The position numbers and the translations under genes were made by a program. A stretch of 57,472 bases of DNA from Myxococcota bacterium (lineage in GTDB: Bacteria > Myxococcota_A > UBA9160 > PR03): the NCBI GenBank assembly GCA_041611735.1, contig JBFIML010000027.1:1-57472 (forward strand). Reading direction: 5' to 3'. The stretch's first letter is position 1. Each line of letters opens with the position of its first letter. Of the stretch, positions 1 to 13,415 are shown in pieces. Under the pieces are notes generated by a model. It saw only the letters and a list, made by a program, of their open reading frames with translations, was not told the DNA's origin and ran no database searches.

Positions 1-92
1 GGCAGCAGGAAGGTATCCGGACGCTTGTTGGAGCAGCCGACTCCGAACGCCAGTACCAGGGCACTTCCGAGCCACAGCGCCTTCGTGTCCAC
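1..92 (-). CDS. Putative lipoprotein, N-terminal fragment (runs off window)
   Basis: Own translation from GTG at 92: MDTKALWLGSALVLAFGVGCSNKRPDTFLL; signal peptide with lipobox-like GVGC; G-rich RBS upstream. Confidence 0.6.
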   Translation of the reverse strand, partial: MDTKALWLGSALVLAFGVGCSNKRPDTFLL

Positions 93-219
93 GATCCCCC
101 CCCGGCCCCTCGCGGGCCGCGCCCTGTTGACGAAACTGGTTCATAGGATCTTCACCGCGGTGCCCGCCGTCAAGGACGGGCGTGACCGTCCTCGTCGCGG
201 CTCCGGCTAGACTGCCGCC

Positions 220-1614
220 GTGCCCCGGAGCCGCTCCGCCTACGCCTGCACCGAGTGCGGCGCCCGCCAGCCCCGCTGGCTGGGTCGCTGCCCGGCCTGC
301 GGCGCCTGGTCCTCCCTGGTGGAGGAGCCGGAGTCGCCGGGCCCCGGTCGGGCGCGGCTCGAGGCACGGCCCGCAGGCGAGCCCCTGCGTCTCGGCGCCA
401 TCGAAGCGGGCCGCAGCGAGCGTCTGGGCACCGGGCTTCCGGAGCTCGACCGGGTCCTGGGCGGCGGGCTGGTGCCGGGGTCGGTCGTGCTCCTGGGGGG
501 CGAGCCGGGCATCGGAAAGTCGACGCTCGCCCTCCAGGCGGCGGCCCACGTGCGGCGCGCCGGCCGCCCCGTCCTCTACGTGAGCGGCGAGGAGAGCGCG
601 GAGCAGATCCGGCTGCGCGCAGTCCGGCTCGCCGACGCTCCCGAGGAGCTGCTGGTCCTCGTCGAGACGCGAGCCGGGGCGCTGCAGGATCCGTGGCGCA
701 AGCTGGAGCCCGCGCTCCTGGTCATCGACTCGATCCAGACGCTCCAGACCGAGCGCGTCGAGTCTGCGCCGGGCTCCGTCGCCCAGGTGCGCGAGTGCGC
801 TGCCGAGCTCGCGGCCACCGCCAAGGAGACGGGCACGGCGCTGCTCCTGGTGGGCCATGTGACCAAGGAGGGCAGTCTGGCCGGGCCCCGCGTCCTCGAG
901 CATCTGGTGGACGCGGTGCTGCTCTTCGAGGGCGACCGCGGTCATCCCTATCGCCTGCTGCGCGCCGTGAAGAACCGCTTCGGCTCCACCCAGGAGGTGG
1001 GCGTGTTCGCCATGACCGAGCGCGGCCTCGAGGCGGTGGCGAATCCGAGCGAGCTCTTCCTGGCGGAGCGGCGCGGCGGGGCGCCGGGCTCGTGCGTGGT
1101 GCCGGTGCTCGAAGGTACGCGTCCCATGCTGCTCGAGATCCAGGCGCTGGCCGCGCCCTCGAGCTACGCGTCGCCGCGACGCACGGCCCTCGGCGTGGAC
1201 GAGGCACGCGTCGCGCTGCTGCTCGCCGTGCTGGCCCGCCACGGCGGCGTGGACCTGCTGGGACACGACGTGTATGTGAACGTGACCGGGGGAGTTCGCG
1301 TGGCAGAGCCGGCGGCGGACCTGGCCGTGGTGCTGGCGCTGGCGTCGAGCCGGCTCGACCGGCCCGTGCCGTCCGACGTGGCGGCCGTCGGGGAGGTGGG
1401 ACTCGGCGGTGAGGTGCGCCGGGTCGGCCGCATCGACGCGCGCGTCCGCGAGGCGGCCCGGCTCGGCTTCGGCCGGCTGCTGCTTCCGCGTGGGGCTTCG
1501 CCAACACCGAGAGGTACCCCGGCGGCCCGCCTGCTTCCGGTGGCCGACGTGGCGGAGGCGGTGGCCTGGCTGCGTGCGTCAAGCCCCGTTCACGAAACCG
1601 TGAACGCCCGTTAA
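220..1614 (+). CDS. radA: DNA repair protein RadA/Sms
   Basis: N-terminal CxxC..CxxC zinc finger, Walker A GEPGIGKST, KNRFG motif, Lon-like C-terminus. Confidence 0.97.
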   Translation: MPRSRSAYACTECGARQPRWLGRCPACGAWSSLVEEPESPGPGRARLEARPAGEPLRLGAIEAGRSERLGTGLPELDRVLGGGLVPGSVVLLGGEPGIGKSTLALQAAAHVRRAGRPVLYVSGEESAEQIRLRAVRLADAPEELLVLVETRAGALQDPWRKLEPALLVIDSIQTLQTERVESAPGSVAQVRECAAELAATAKETGTALLLVGHVTKEGSLAGPRVLEHLVDAVLLFEGDRGHPYRLLRAVKNRFGSTQEVGVFAMTERGLEAVANPSELFLAERRGGAPGSCVVPVLEGTRPMLLEIQALAAPSSYASPRRTALGVDEARVALLLAVLARHGGVDLLGHDVYVNVTGGVRVAEPAADLAVVLALASSRLDRPVPSDVAAVGEVGLGGEVRRVGRIDARVREAARLGFGRLLLPRGASPTPRGTPAARLLPVADVAEAVAWLRASSPVHETVNAR

Positions 1615-1651
1615 GCCTCTAGTTTTCCAGGCACTTTTCGTCGCTTCGCCT

Positions 1652-1680
1652 TTGACACGCGGAGGCGGCATGGCTAGCTT
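1652..1680 (+). promoter_or_regulatory. sigma70 promoter (TTGACA-N17-TAGCTT), probably leaderless
   Basis: -35 at 1652-1657, -10 at 1675-1680, ATG 6 nt after the -10, no SD. Confidence 0.7.
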
Positions 1681-1686
1681 CGAAAT

Positions 1687-2712
1687 ATGCGCGACGCGTC
1701 GATGGGTGCGAACCGATTCGAAGCGCTGTTCGCGCACGTGGCGGAGCCCCTCGAGCTCGTCGAGCAGGCGCTGCGCGCCCAGCTCGCCTCGCGCAGCGAA
1801 GTGGTGGCGCTCGTCGGCGAGCACGTGCTCTCGGCCGGCGGGAAGCGCGTGCGGCCCGCGCTCCTCCTGCTGGCCGCCGAACTGTGTGGGTACACGGGGC
1901 CGCGGCGGGTCCAGATCGCTGCCGCCATCGAGCTGCTGCACACCGCCACCCTGCTGCACGACGACGTGGTGGATGTCGCCACGCGCCGTCGCGGACTCGC
2001 GGCCGCCAACACGCTGTGGGGAAACCGTCGCGCGGTCCTGACCGGGGACTTCCTCTATGCCCGGGCCTCGGCCATGGTGGTGGACGACGGGGACCTCGAC
2101 GTGCTCGCCATCTTCGCCGATGCGATCCGCCAGATGGCCGAGGGCGAGATCCTCCAGCTCCAGTTCAGCTTCGATCCCGATGTGACCGAGACGCACTACT
2201 ACGACGTGATCGGCTGCAAGAGCGCGGCGCTTCTGGCCACGGCCTGCGAGGCCGGCTCGATCCTGGCGGGGGTGACGCGGGCAGAGCGACGCCGCCTGGC
2301 GGAGTTCGGAAGAGAGCTGGGCCTCGCCTTCCAGCTTCGCGACGACGCCCTGGATTACACCGCGGCCGAAGCGGCGCTCGGCAAGCAGCCCTTCACGGAC
2401 CTGCGCGAGGGGAAGGTGACGCTACCGCTCCTGCTCACCCTGAAACGCTGCACGCCAGCGGAGCGTGCGGAGCTGGCTGCGTTGCTCAAGCAGCTGGCCT
2501 GCCGGCCGGAAGCGCCGGATGGGGGCGAGCTGCACCGGGCGCTGCGCCCCGCCGTCGAGCTGGTGCGGCGCCATCGGGGCGCCGAGGACACGGTGCGCCG
2601 CGCGTCCGACCACGTGGCTCGGGCGCAGAGCGCGATCGCTCCCTTCCCGGAGGGCGCGGCGAAGCGGGCGCTCCGGGCCGCGGCCGAGCTGGCGGCAACG
2701 CGCGACCGTTGA
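1687..2712 (+). CDS. ispB: Polyprenyl (octaprenyl-like) diphosphate synthase
   Basis: GGKRVRP, LLHDDVVD (FARM), FQLRDDALD (SARM), DLREGKVTLP. Confidence 0.9.
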   Translation: MRDASMGANRFEALFAHVAEPLELVEQALRAQLASRSEVVALVGEHVLSAGGKRVRPALLLLAAELCGYTGPRRVQIAAAIELLHTATLLHDDVVDVATRRRGLAAANTLWGNRRAVLTGDFLYARASAMVVDDGDLDVLAIFADAIRQMAEGEILQLQFSFDPDVTETHYYDVIGCKSAALLATACEAGSILAGVTRAERRRLAEFGRELGLAFQLRDDALDYTAAEAALGKQPFTDLREGKVTLPLLLTLKRCTPAERAELAALLKQLACRPEAPDGGELHRALRPAVELVRRHRGAEDTVRRASDHVARAQSAIAPFPEGAAKRALRAAAELAATRDR

Positions 2713-2752
2713 AGCAACCAGGCTCTCACCCACGGTCCCGTGGGAGACACCC

Positions 2753-3082
2753 ATGACTGGAATGCGACTGCCCTTCGGGCGCCGCGCAGCGGCGGCTCTG
2801 ATGGCGCTCGGGCTCGCCCTGGCGGCGGCGCCGAGCCTGGCCGCCGAGACGGGCGCCCCGGCGGCCGGCCCGGTGAACGTGAACACGGCCAGCGCCGAGG
2901 AGCTGCAGCGTCTGCCGGGCATCGGCGAAGCCAGGGCGCGGGCCATCGTGGAGATGCGCGAGCAACGCGGTGGCTTTCGCAGCGTGGACGAGCTCGTCGA
3001 GGTGCGTGGCATCGGGGAGGCGGCCCTCGAGCGCCTGCGGCCGCACGTGACCGTGGGCGGAGGGACGCGCTCCGCGCGTTAG
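2753..3082 (+). CDS. comEA: ComEA family helix-hairpin-helix DNA-binding protein
   Basis: Signal peptide then VNVNTASAEELQRLPGIG...EVRGIG HhH repeats. Confidence 0.9.
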   Translation: MTGMRLPFGRRAAAALMALGLALAAAPSLAAETGAPAAGPVNVNTASAEELQRLPGIGEARARAIVEMREQRGGFRSVDELVEVRGIGEAALERLRPHVTVGGGTRSAR

Positions 3083-3088
3083 CGACCC

Positions 3089-3116
3089 GGGTGCCGGGCG
3101 TGCGCGCCCGGCACCC
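3089..3116 (+). terminator. GC-rich hairpin after comEA
   Basis: GGGTGCCGGGCG/CGCCCGGCACCC 12-bp stem, weak U tail. Confidence 0.5.
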
Positions 3117-3186
3117 TCTCGTCGCCCGCATGGCGACCGCCCGAGGGGACTCCTAGGCTACGCGGGCCGAGGAAGGAGCCTACCCC

Positions 3187-4067
3187 GTGCGCCCGGCCGC
3201 CCTTCGCGCCACCGTCCTGCTGGCGTCGCTCTGCATGGCGTCGCTCGGCCTGCCAGGCGCCGCTCGGGCCGACGAAGCTCCTGCGCTGGCGCGCCGCGTG
3301 ATCTCCATGAATCCCTCCTTGACGGCCATGCTGATGGCGGTCGGCGCCGCAGACCGGCTGGTGGGCGTCGACGAGTTCTCGGCCCGGCAGCTGGCGGCCG
3401 TGGCGGCGCTGCCGCGAGTCGGGGGGCTATACAACCCGAGCCTCGAGGCCGTGGCGGCGCTGCGGCCGGATCTCGTCGTCCTGGTGCCGAGCTTCGAGCA
3501 ACGCGGCTTCCGCACGCGGCTCGAGGAGCTCGGGATCCCGGTGCTGGCCTTCGATCCCGTGGGTTTCGAGGAGGTGCTCGAGACGATCGAGGTGCTCGGC
3601 GAGCGGGTGGGACGCGGGGAGGCCGCCCGGGGGCGGGCGGACGCCATCCGTCGCACCCGCCAGGTGGTGCGGGAGCGGGTGGGGGAGCGGCCCCGCCTGG
3701 GATCGGTCCTGGTGCTCCAGCGCGACCCGCTCTTCGTGGCAGGACGGGGCAGCTTCCTCGACGAGATGCTCGCGGACGCGGGAGCGCGGAATCTCGCGGC
3801 GCGCTTTGCGGATCCCTACCCGAGGGTCTCGGAGGAGTGGCTGGTGGCCGCCGCGCCCGACGTCATCCTCGATGCGGCCCCGGGTGCGGAGCGTGCGGAT
3901 GCCTTCTGGTCGCGTTGGCCTTCGCTGCCGGCGGTATCCGCCGGGCGGGTCGTCGCCGTCCCCGCCGATCCGGCGACGCTCCCCGGACCCTGGCTGGACC
4001 GCGCCCTCCTCACGCTGGCCCGTGCGCTGCACGGTCCCCTGCTCTTTGCGGACCTCGAGCCGGGGTC

Positions 4068-4071
<4 letters not shown>
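3187..4071 (+). CDS. ABC transporter periplasmic binding protein, BtuF/Fe-siderophore (helical backbone) family
   Basis: RVISMNPSLT, LVGVDEFS, NPSLEAVAALRPDLV motifs; signal peptide. Confidence 0.88.
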
Positions 4072-7934
<3,863 letters not shown>

Positions 7935-8047
7935 GTCTTTGGATCATCGGCGGAAACGGAGCCTTCCCCGGGGGTCCTACGGTAGAGGGCTAATGCAACT
8001 CAATGGAAATACCGAACTGGATCTCCGGAGATTCCGGAGGCAGGTCC

Positions 8048-8650
8048 ATGGCAGGCTCGGCCCGGCGGCTTCACGTCCTCGTGGTGGATCCGGAGCCGGA
8101 GAGCGCCCGGGTGATCCAGGAGGCGGTCGCCGCGGAGGGCTGGCGCGTCTCGGTGCTCGGTGAGCCCCGGGGCCTGCTCGACACGCTGCGTGGCACGCCC
8201 ACCCAGGTGGTGGTCGTGGACGTCTCCGAGGCAGCGGGCGGCACGCTCCTGCAACGCATTCGCGAGTTCGACTCGGACCTCTGCACCATCGCCACCACCT
8301 CGCGGCCGTCCGTCGAGACGGCGGTCGCCGCCATGAAGGGCCAGGCCTTCGAGTATCTGCCCAAGCCGGTGGATCCGGTGGCGCTGCGGCGTGCCCTGCA
8401 CGAGGCGGTGCGACAGAAGGGGCTGCTCGTGGATCTCGAGCAGCGGATCAACGCGGAGGTGGGCCGGCGGGTTCGCGAGCGGCGCTCGGAGCACCGCCTC
8501 ACCCTCAAGCAGGTGGCCAAGCGGACCGGCCTCTCCATCAGCCTGATCTCCCAGATCGAGCTGGGCAAGAGCGCCGCCTCGGTGTCCACGCTCTTCAAGC
8601 TGGCGCGGGCGCTGCGGGTGCAGATGACCTACTTCTTCGAGACGGTCTGA
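8048..8650 (+). CDS. Response regulator, REC plus C-terminal XRE HTH (DigR-like architecture)
   Basis: VLVVD, VVVVD, YLPKP receiver motifs; LTLKQVAKRTGLSISLISQIELGK HTH; SD GGAGG. Confidence 0.85.
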   Translation: MAGSARRLHVLVVDPEPESARVIQEAVAAEGWRVSVLGEPRGLLDTLRGTPTQVVVVDVSEAAGGTLLQRIREFDSDLCTIATTSRPSVETAVAAMKGQAFEYLPKPVDPVALRRALHEAVRQKGLLVDLEQRINAEVGRRVRERRSEHRLTLKQVAKRTGLSISLISQIELGKSAASVSTLFKLARALRVQMTYFFETV

Positions 8651-8697
8651 GGCAGAATCCCGGCGATCGTCCGGGACCCCGGGCAGGAGGGGATGGC

Positions 8698-9804
8698 CTG
8701 CGCACCGTCGAAGACACCCGGCCCAAGGCGGGCCTGTCGGTCCCCGTGGTCACGGTGCTCGACGACCACGGCGAGCTGGCGGAGGAGGATCAGCGCGCCG
8801 TCGTCCGGCACGTCGTCCAGGACGGCTATGGCGCCGACGTGGTCTTCGCCGCCGGCACCACCGGGGAGTGGGACCAGGTCGAGAATCCGGTGCGCCAGCG
8901 CGTGGTGCAGGTGTGCGCCGAGGAGGTCGCCAAGGAGAACGCCCGCCTGGCCGGAACCCTCGGCGGCGATCGGGTGGAGCTGTGGGCAGGGATCACCGCT
9001 CCCAGCCCGGAGGAGACCCTCGAGAACCTGGACCATGCGCTCGCCTGCGGCGCCGACGCCGCGGTGCTGGCGCCGCTCTCGATCCCTGGCATCGATCCGG
9101 TGCGCTTCGTGGCGCGAGACGTGGCGGACCTGCTCGACGCCCGGCCACGCCGCATTCCCCTGTTCCTGTACGACAACGCCGGCATCGCCGCCGATCCGAA
9201 GCAGCCCCACATCCGCACCCGGCAGGTGAAGGCCCTCTCGCGTCTCGACTTCGTGCGAGGCATCAAGGTGACGGCTCCGCGCAAGGTGCTCGGCAACTAC
9301 ACGAAGGCCGCCTCGAGCTTCAACGAGCGCGGCGCCTTCGGCATCTACGTGGGCGACGCGCTGCTGATCTTCGACCTCTTCCGTCCGCGCCGCGGCCCGT
9401 TCGGCGCGATCGTCGAGCACTGGAACCGCTGGCGCATGCGGGGCGGCATCCCGAGGGGCGTCGTGGCCGGGCCGGCCAATGCCCTGCCGCGGGAGTGGGC
9501 GCGTGCGTGGCAGGTGTGCCGCGCCGGAGACTGGGAGCGCATGGAGCAGGTGCGGGAGGTGGTGACCGCCTTCCGCGAAGGCACGCATGCCGCCGGCGGC
9601 CGCCGAACCATCGCGTGCCTGAAGCGCGCCCTGCGTCTGCAGGGCGTGATCGAGAGCGACGCCGTGGCGTCGGGGACGCCGGCCCTGGCACGCCCCGACG
9701 CGGAGCGCTTCGACCAGGTGTTCGCGCGGGTGCAGGAGCTCGCCCGCCGGCGCATCGGCCCGCCCTGGGTCAGCCACGCGCCGGGCCGCACGGGCTGCGC
9801 ATGA
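8698..9804 (+). CDS. DHDPS/N-acetylneuraminate-lyase family class I aldolase (start uncertain)
   Basis: GLSVPVVT, AGTTGE, LFLYDN and GIKVT (Schiff-base Lys); frame is open upstream of the called GTG 8746. Confidence 0.85.
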   Translation: MRTVEDTRPKAGLSVPVVTVLDDHGELAEEDQRAVVRHVVQDGYGADVVFAAGTTGEWDQVENPVRQRVVQVCAEEVAKENARLAGTLGGDRVELWAGITAPSPEETLENLDHALACGADAAVLAPLSIPGIDPVRFVARDVADLLDARPRRIPLFLYDNAGIAADPKQPHIRTRQVKALSRLDFVRGIKVTAPRKVLGNYTKAASSFNERGAFGIYVGDALLIFDLFRPRRGPFGAIVEHWNRWRMRGGIPRGVVAGPANALPREWARAWQVCRAGDWERMEQVREVVTAFREGTHAAGGRRTIACLKRALRLQGVIESDAVASGTPALARPDAERFDQVFARVQELARRRIGPPWVSHAPGRTGCA

Positions 9805-11432
9805 GGGGCGACTCGGATCTCGACCTGGTGGGTTTCGGCAGCATGGTCGTCGACCGGCTGCACCGGGCGCCCCGCATCGTGGGTCCGGACCGCAAGGGGA
9901 TCCTGCACCCGCTGGAGGGCGGCGTGCCGACCCGTCGATTCGTGGGCGGCGTGATCCTGAACCAGCTCGGCTGGGCGGCGTCCCTCGGGCTGCGCACGGG
10001 CCTGTTTGGCCGCCAGGCGGACGACGAGAACGGGCGCTTCCTGCGCGCGGCCATGGCCCGCGCGGGCATCGAGGCACACCTCGTCCTCGACGGAAGCGCC
10101 AGCTCCGTGGCGGAGATCTTCGTGGACGACACGGGCGAGCGGGCCATCTACTTTGCGCCGGGGGCCACCGCCGAGACCACGGCCCAGCACGTGCGCGAGC
10201 ACCACGCGGCGTTCCTGCGGCGCGCGGGGCGGCTCTCGACGGAGGTGCACCAGCTTCCGCTCGATGCGGTGCGGGAGGCGCTGCGGCTCGCACGCGAGGC
10301 GGGGGTGTCGGCCGTGGTCGATCTCGACGCCCGGCCCTCGGACGTGGTGCCGGCGCTCGGGGACGAGGCAGCCCTGCGGGAGGTGCTGGGCGCTGCGGAC
10401 CTCCTGAAGCCGGCGCGCGCCGCGGCAGAGGAGCTGGTGGGCGGGGGCAGCGCCGACGCGCTCGAGCTCGCACGCCGGCTGCGTCGGCAGCTCGGCGTTC
10501 CCGCGGTGGTGGTGACCGACGGGCAGGCCGGGTGCGCCGTGGCCAGCGAGCGCTTCGAGGGCTCGATTTCCGCCTTCGCGGTCAAGGCGGTGGACGCCAC
10601 CGGCGCCGGTGACGCCTTCCTGGGCGGCCTCGTGGCGGGCATCCAGTACCGGCTTGCGTGGCCTGACGCCGCGCGCCTCGGCAATGCCTGCGGCGCCGCC
10701 TGCGTGGAGCAGATCGGAGCCTTCCCGGAGGACGCGGCGCGGGCCAGAGCCAGGATCCTCGAACTGTACGACGGCGCGCCGGTGCCCTGGGCGCCGGCCC
10801 CGGCGCCGGCGACGACGGCTGGGCCCGGGACCGCCGAAGCGCTGGCGACCGTCGACGTCGCGCTCGAGGAGCTCGGCGCCCTGCGGCGGCGGCTCGGGCC
10901 GCAGCCCTTCCAGGCTGCCGCTCGGCTGATCCGGGAGGCGGAGGCGCGGGGCGGTCGCGTGCACGTCACCGGGGTGGGCAAGCCGGAACACGTGGCGCGC
11001 TACGCGGCGGCGCTGCTGGCGTCCACCGGAACGCCTGCCACCTTCCTGCACGCCACCGAGGCGGTGCACGGGAGCGCGGGTCAGGTCCTCGCGGGCGACG
11101 TGGTGATCGCTGTCAGCAACAGCGGCCAGACCGAGGAGGTGCGGGCCTGCGTGGAGGTCGTGCGGCGCCTCGGAGCGCGCGTCGTGGCCGTGACCGGGGG
11201 CATCGACTCACCGCTGGCCCGGGCCGCCGAAGTGGTGCTCGATGCCGGCGTGGGCCGTGAGGGCGGCGGCCTCGGTCTCGCGCCGCGGGCGAGCGTCGCG
11301 GCGGAGGTACTGATCCTGGCCGCCCTCGCCGCCGAGCTGGAGCAGGCCCGCGGCTTCTCCCCCTCCGATTACCACGCTCGCCACCCCTCCGGCCCCCTGG
11401 GCCGGAAGACCCGGGGGCCCGTCGCGGACTAG
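9801..11432 (+). CDS. PfkB-family sugar kinase fused to KdsD/GutQ-like SIS isomerase domain
   Basis: DATGAGDAF PfkB motif; SIS motifs TGVGK, ASTGTPATFLHATEAVHG, SNSGQTEE, HPSGPLGRK; ATGA overlap. Confidence 0.88.
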   Translation: MRGDSDLDLVGFGSMVVDRLHRAPRIVGPDRKGILHPLEGGVPTRRFVGGVILNQLGWAASLGLRTGLFGRQADDENGRFLRAAMARAGIEAHLVLDGSASSVAEIFVDDTGERAIYFAPGATAETTAQHVREHHAAFLRRAGRLSTEVHQLPLDAVREALRLAREAGVSAVVDLDARPSDVVPALGDEAALREVLGAADLLKPARAAAEELVGGGSADALELARRLRRQLGVPAVVVTDGQAGCAVASERFEGSISAFAVKAVDATGAGDAFLGGLVAGIQYRLAWPDAARLGNACGAACVEQIGAFPEDAARARARILELYDGAPVPWAPAPAPATTAGPGTAEALATVDVALEELGALRRRLGPQPFQAAARLIREAEARGGRVHVTGVGKPEHVARYAAALLASTGTPATFLHATEAVHGSAGQVLAGDVVIAVSNSGQTEEVRACVEVVRRLGARVVAVTGGIDSPLARAAEVVLDAGVGREGGGLGLAPRASVAAEVLILAALAAELEQARGFSPSDYHARHPSGPLGRKTRGPVAD

Positions 11433-11470
11433 ATCGACTTCTCCCGCCCGGAGCCGGCCCGAAGAGTCAA

Positions 11471-12124
11471 TCAGTCCACCACGTCCCCGAACAGGAAGCG
11501 GGTGACCATGTCGGTGGTGGCCTCGACGGCGGCGTCGACGCGGGCCTCGTCGACCTCGCCCAGCATGAGCCGCGCCGCGGTCCACTCCACCGAGTTGTAG
11601 AGCACGAAGGCGGCAGCAGGCGCGTCCGACACCCGGCAGCGCCCCTCGGCCCGCAGCGCCTCGAGCAGCGCCTGCAGCACGACGCGCACGCGATCCTCCA
11701 CGGCCTCGAAGGCGCTGCGAAACTGGGGATCCTTGAAGTAGCGCTCCCAGAGGATCCGCTGGAGGCCCGGGGTCACGGTCCGGGCTCGGAACACGGTGTC
11801 GATCAGCCGCCGAACGTTCTCCCGGGCAGAGCCCGCTCGCCAGGCCGACGGCTCGAGGCCGCGCACCACGGGGTCCGCGACCTGCTCCAGGGTCTCGGCC
11901 ATCACCTCGAGCAGGAGCTCGCGTTTGTCGGCGAAGTAGCCGTACAATGTCCCCACGGCGATCCCCGCCCGGCGGGCGATGCCCGCCGTGGTGGTGGCGT
12001 CGAAGCCCCGCTCCTCGAAGCAGGCCACCGCCGCCCGCAGGATGCGCTCCCGCGTCCGGCGGCTGCGCGCCTGCTGGGGAACCCGACTTCCCCGAGGGGC
12101 ACCCTTCTTCGGCGCGATGGTCAT
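11471..12124 (-). CDS. TetR family transcriptional regulator
   Basis: QQARSRRTRERIL...TTTAGIARRAGIAVGTLYGYFADK; -10 TAGCAT 6 nt before ATG (leaderless). Confidence 0.93.
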   Translation of the reverse strand: MTIAPKKGAPRGSRVPQQARSRRTRERILRAAVACFEERGFDATTTAGIARRAGIAVGTLYGYFADKRELLLEVMAETLEQVADPVVRGLEPSAWRAGSARENVRRLIDTVFRARTVTPGLQRILWERYFKDPQFRSAFEAVEDRVRVVLQALLEALRAEGRCRVSDAPAAAFVLYNSVEWTAARLMLGEVDEARVDAAVEATTDMVTRFLFGDVVD

Positions 12125-12314
12125 CGCTGCATGCTACCGACCCGGCGAGCCCGCGGGCCAGCCTGCAGCCGGTGCCGGAAAGCGTGGAAAGCGAACTCGA
12201 CTTCGGCTTTTTCTTGACCGTGCAAGTCCTCAGGATTAGAATTGGATCATCCGATGGACCGATCGGTCGGGTGGCCCCTGCCCGACCCTCGATTGCCAGG
12301 AGGAAGCCCGGCGC

Positions 12315-13334
12315 ATGGCCATCGCACCCGTCAACGCCCGCACCCGCATCGACAGCGAGCTGGACACGATCCTCACCTCCTTCGACACCAACTACGCCTG
12401 GAACTACGGCAGCGTGAAGGAGGGGCTGCGGGAGCTCTACGAGAAGGCCAAGCGCGAGCAGTGGAACTCCACCACCCAGCTCGCCTGGGACACCCAGGTG
12501 GATCCCGAGAGCGAGATCATTCCCCAGCACTTCAATCCGCTCCAGGACTACGGTCCCTTCAAGAAGCTGAGCCCCAGGCAGGTCACGAGCTTCCAGCACG
12601 CCAACCTGGCCTGGACCCTGTCCCAGTTCCTGCACGGGGAGCAGGGCGCGCTCATGACCGCAGCGCAGCTCGTCGACGCCGTGCCCTGGACCGACGCCAA
12701 GCTCTACGCCGCCTCCCAGACCATGGACGAGGCGCGCCACGTGGAGGTCTTCAGCCGCTATCTGCGCGAGAAGCTCGAGTGGGAGTGGTCCATCAACCAG
12801 AACCTGAAGAAGCTACTCGATCAGATCCTCATGGACTCCCGCTGGGACCTCAAGTACCTGGGTATGCAGATCCTCGTGGAGGGGCTGGCCATGGCCGCCT
12901 TCTCCAACATGTACATGATGGCCAACGAGCCGCTGATCAAGGATCTACTCAAGTACGTGATGCGCGACGAATCGCGCCACGTGGCCTTCGGCGTGATCTC
13001 GCTGAAAGGCTTCTACGACGACATGTCGGAGAGCGACCGCAGGGACCGCGAGGAATTCGTGGTGGAGGCCTGCGAGCTCATGCGCGATCGACTGCTGGGC
13101 CTGGACGTGTCGGCCCACTTCGGCTTCGACGTGAAGGAGGTGCGGGAGATCGTGCTCGGCTCGCCGGTGATGCAGCAGTTCCGCCAGTTCCTCTTCATGC
13201 GCGTGGTCCCGAACGTCAAGCGACTCGGGCTGCTGACTCCGCGCGTGCGCGAGCAGTTCGAGCGCCTGGGCATCATCCAGTTCGAGAACGCCGATCCGGA
13301 CGCGATGGACGCCAAGCTCGGCCTGGCGAGCTGA
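12315..13334 (+). CDS. Ferritin-like diiron oxygenase (AurF-like)
   Basis: QFLHGEQGAL, DEARH, EGLAMAAF, DESRH diiron ligand motifs; SD AGGAGG. Confidence 0.85.
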   Translation: MAIAPVNARTRIDSELDTILTSFDTNYAWNYGSVKEGLRELYEKAKREQWNSTTQLAWDTQVDPESEIIPQHFNPLQDYGPFKKLSPRQVTSFQHANLAWTLSQFLHGEQGALMTAAQLVDAVPWTDAKLYAASQTMDEARHVEVFSRYLREKLEWEWSINQNLKKLLDQILMDSRWDLKYLGMQILVEGLAMAAFSNMYMMANEPLIKDLLKYVMRDESRHVAFGVISLKGFYDDMSESDRRDREEFVVEACELMRDRLLGLDVSAHFGFDVKEVREIVLGSPVMQQFRQFLFMRVVPNVKRLGLLTPRVREQFERLGIIQFENADPDAMDAKLGLAS

Positions 13335-13415
13335 CCCATCCGCGCACCGGACCGCGACGCCTGCATCCCCCTGCGGGCGCCGCGGACGGCGTCCTTGGAC
13401 CCGACGCCCCCACCC

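Noticed and set aside
3082-3186. Cobalamin riboswitch upstream of the BtuF-like gene
   Set aside because: Only about 100 nt, no B12-box or GGGAA motifs; just a terminator-like hairpin
7935-8047. Cyclic dinucleotide riboswitch upstream of the REC-XRE gene
   Set aside because: Lacks the GEMM consensus elements; only a small palindrome ATCTCCGGAGAT
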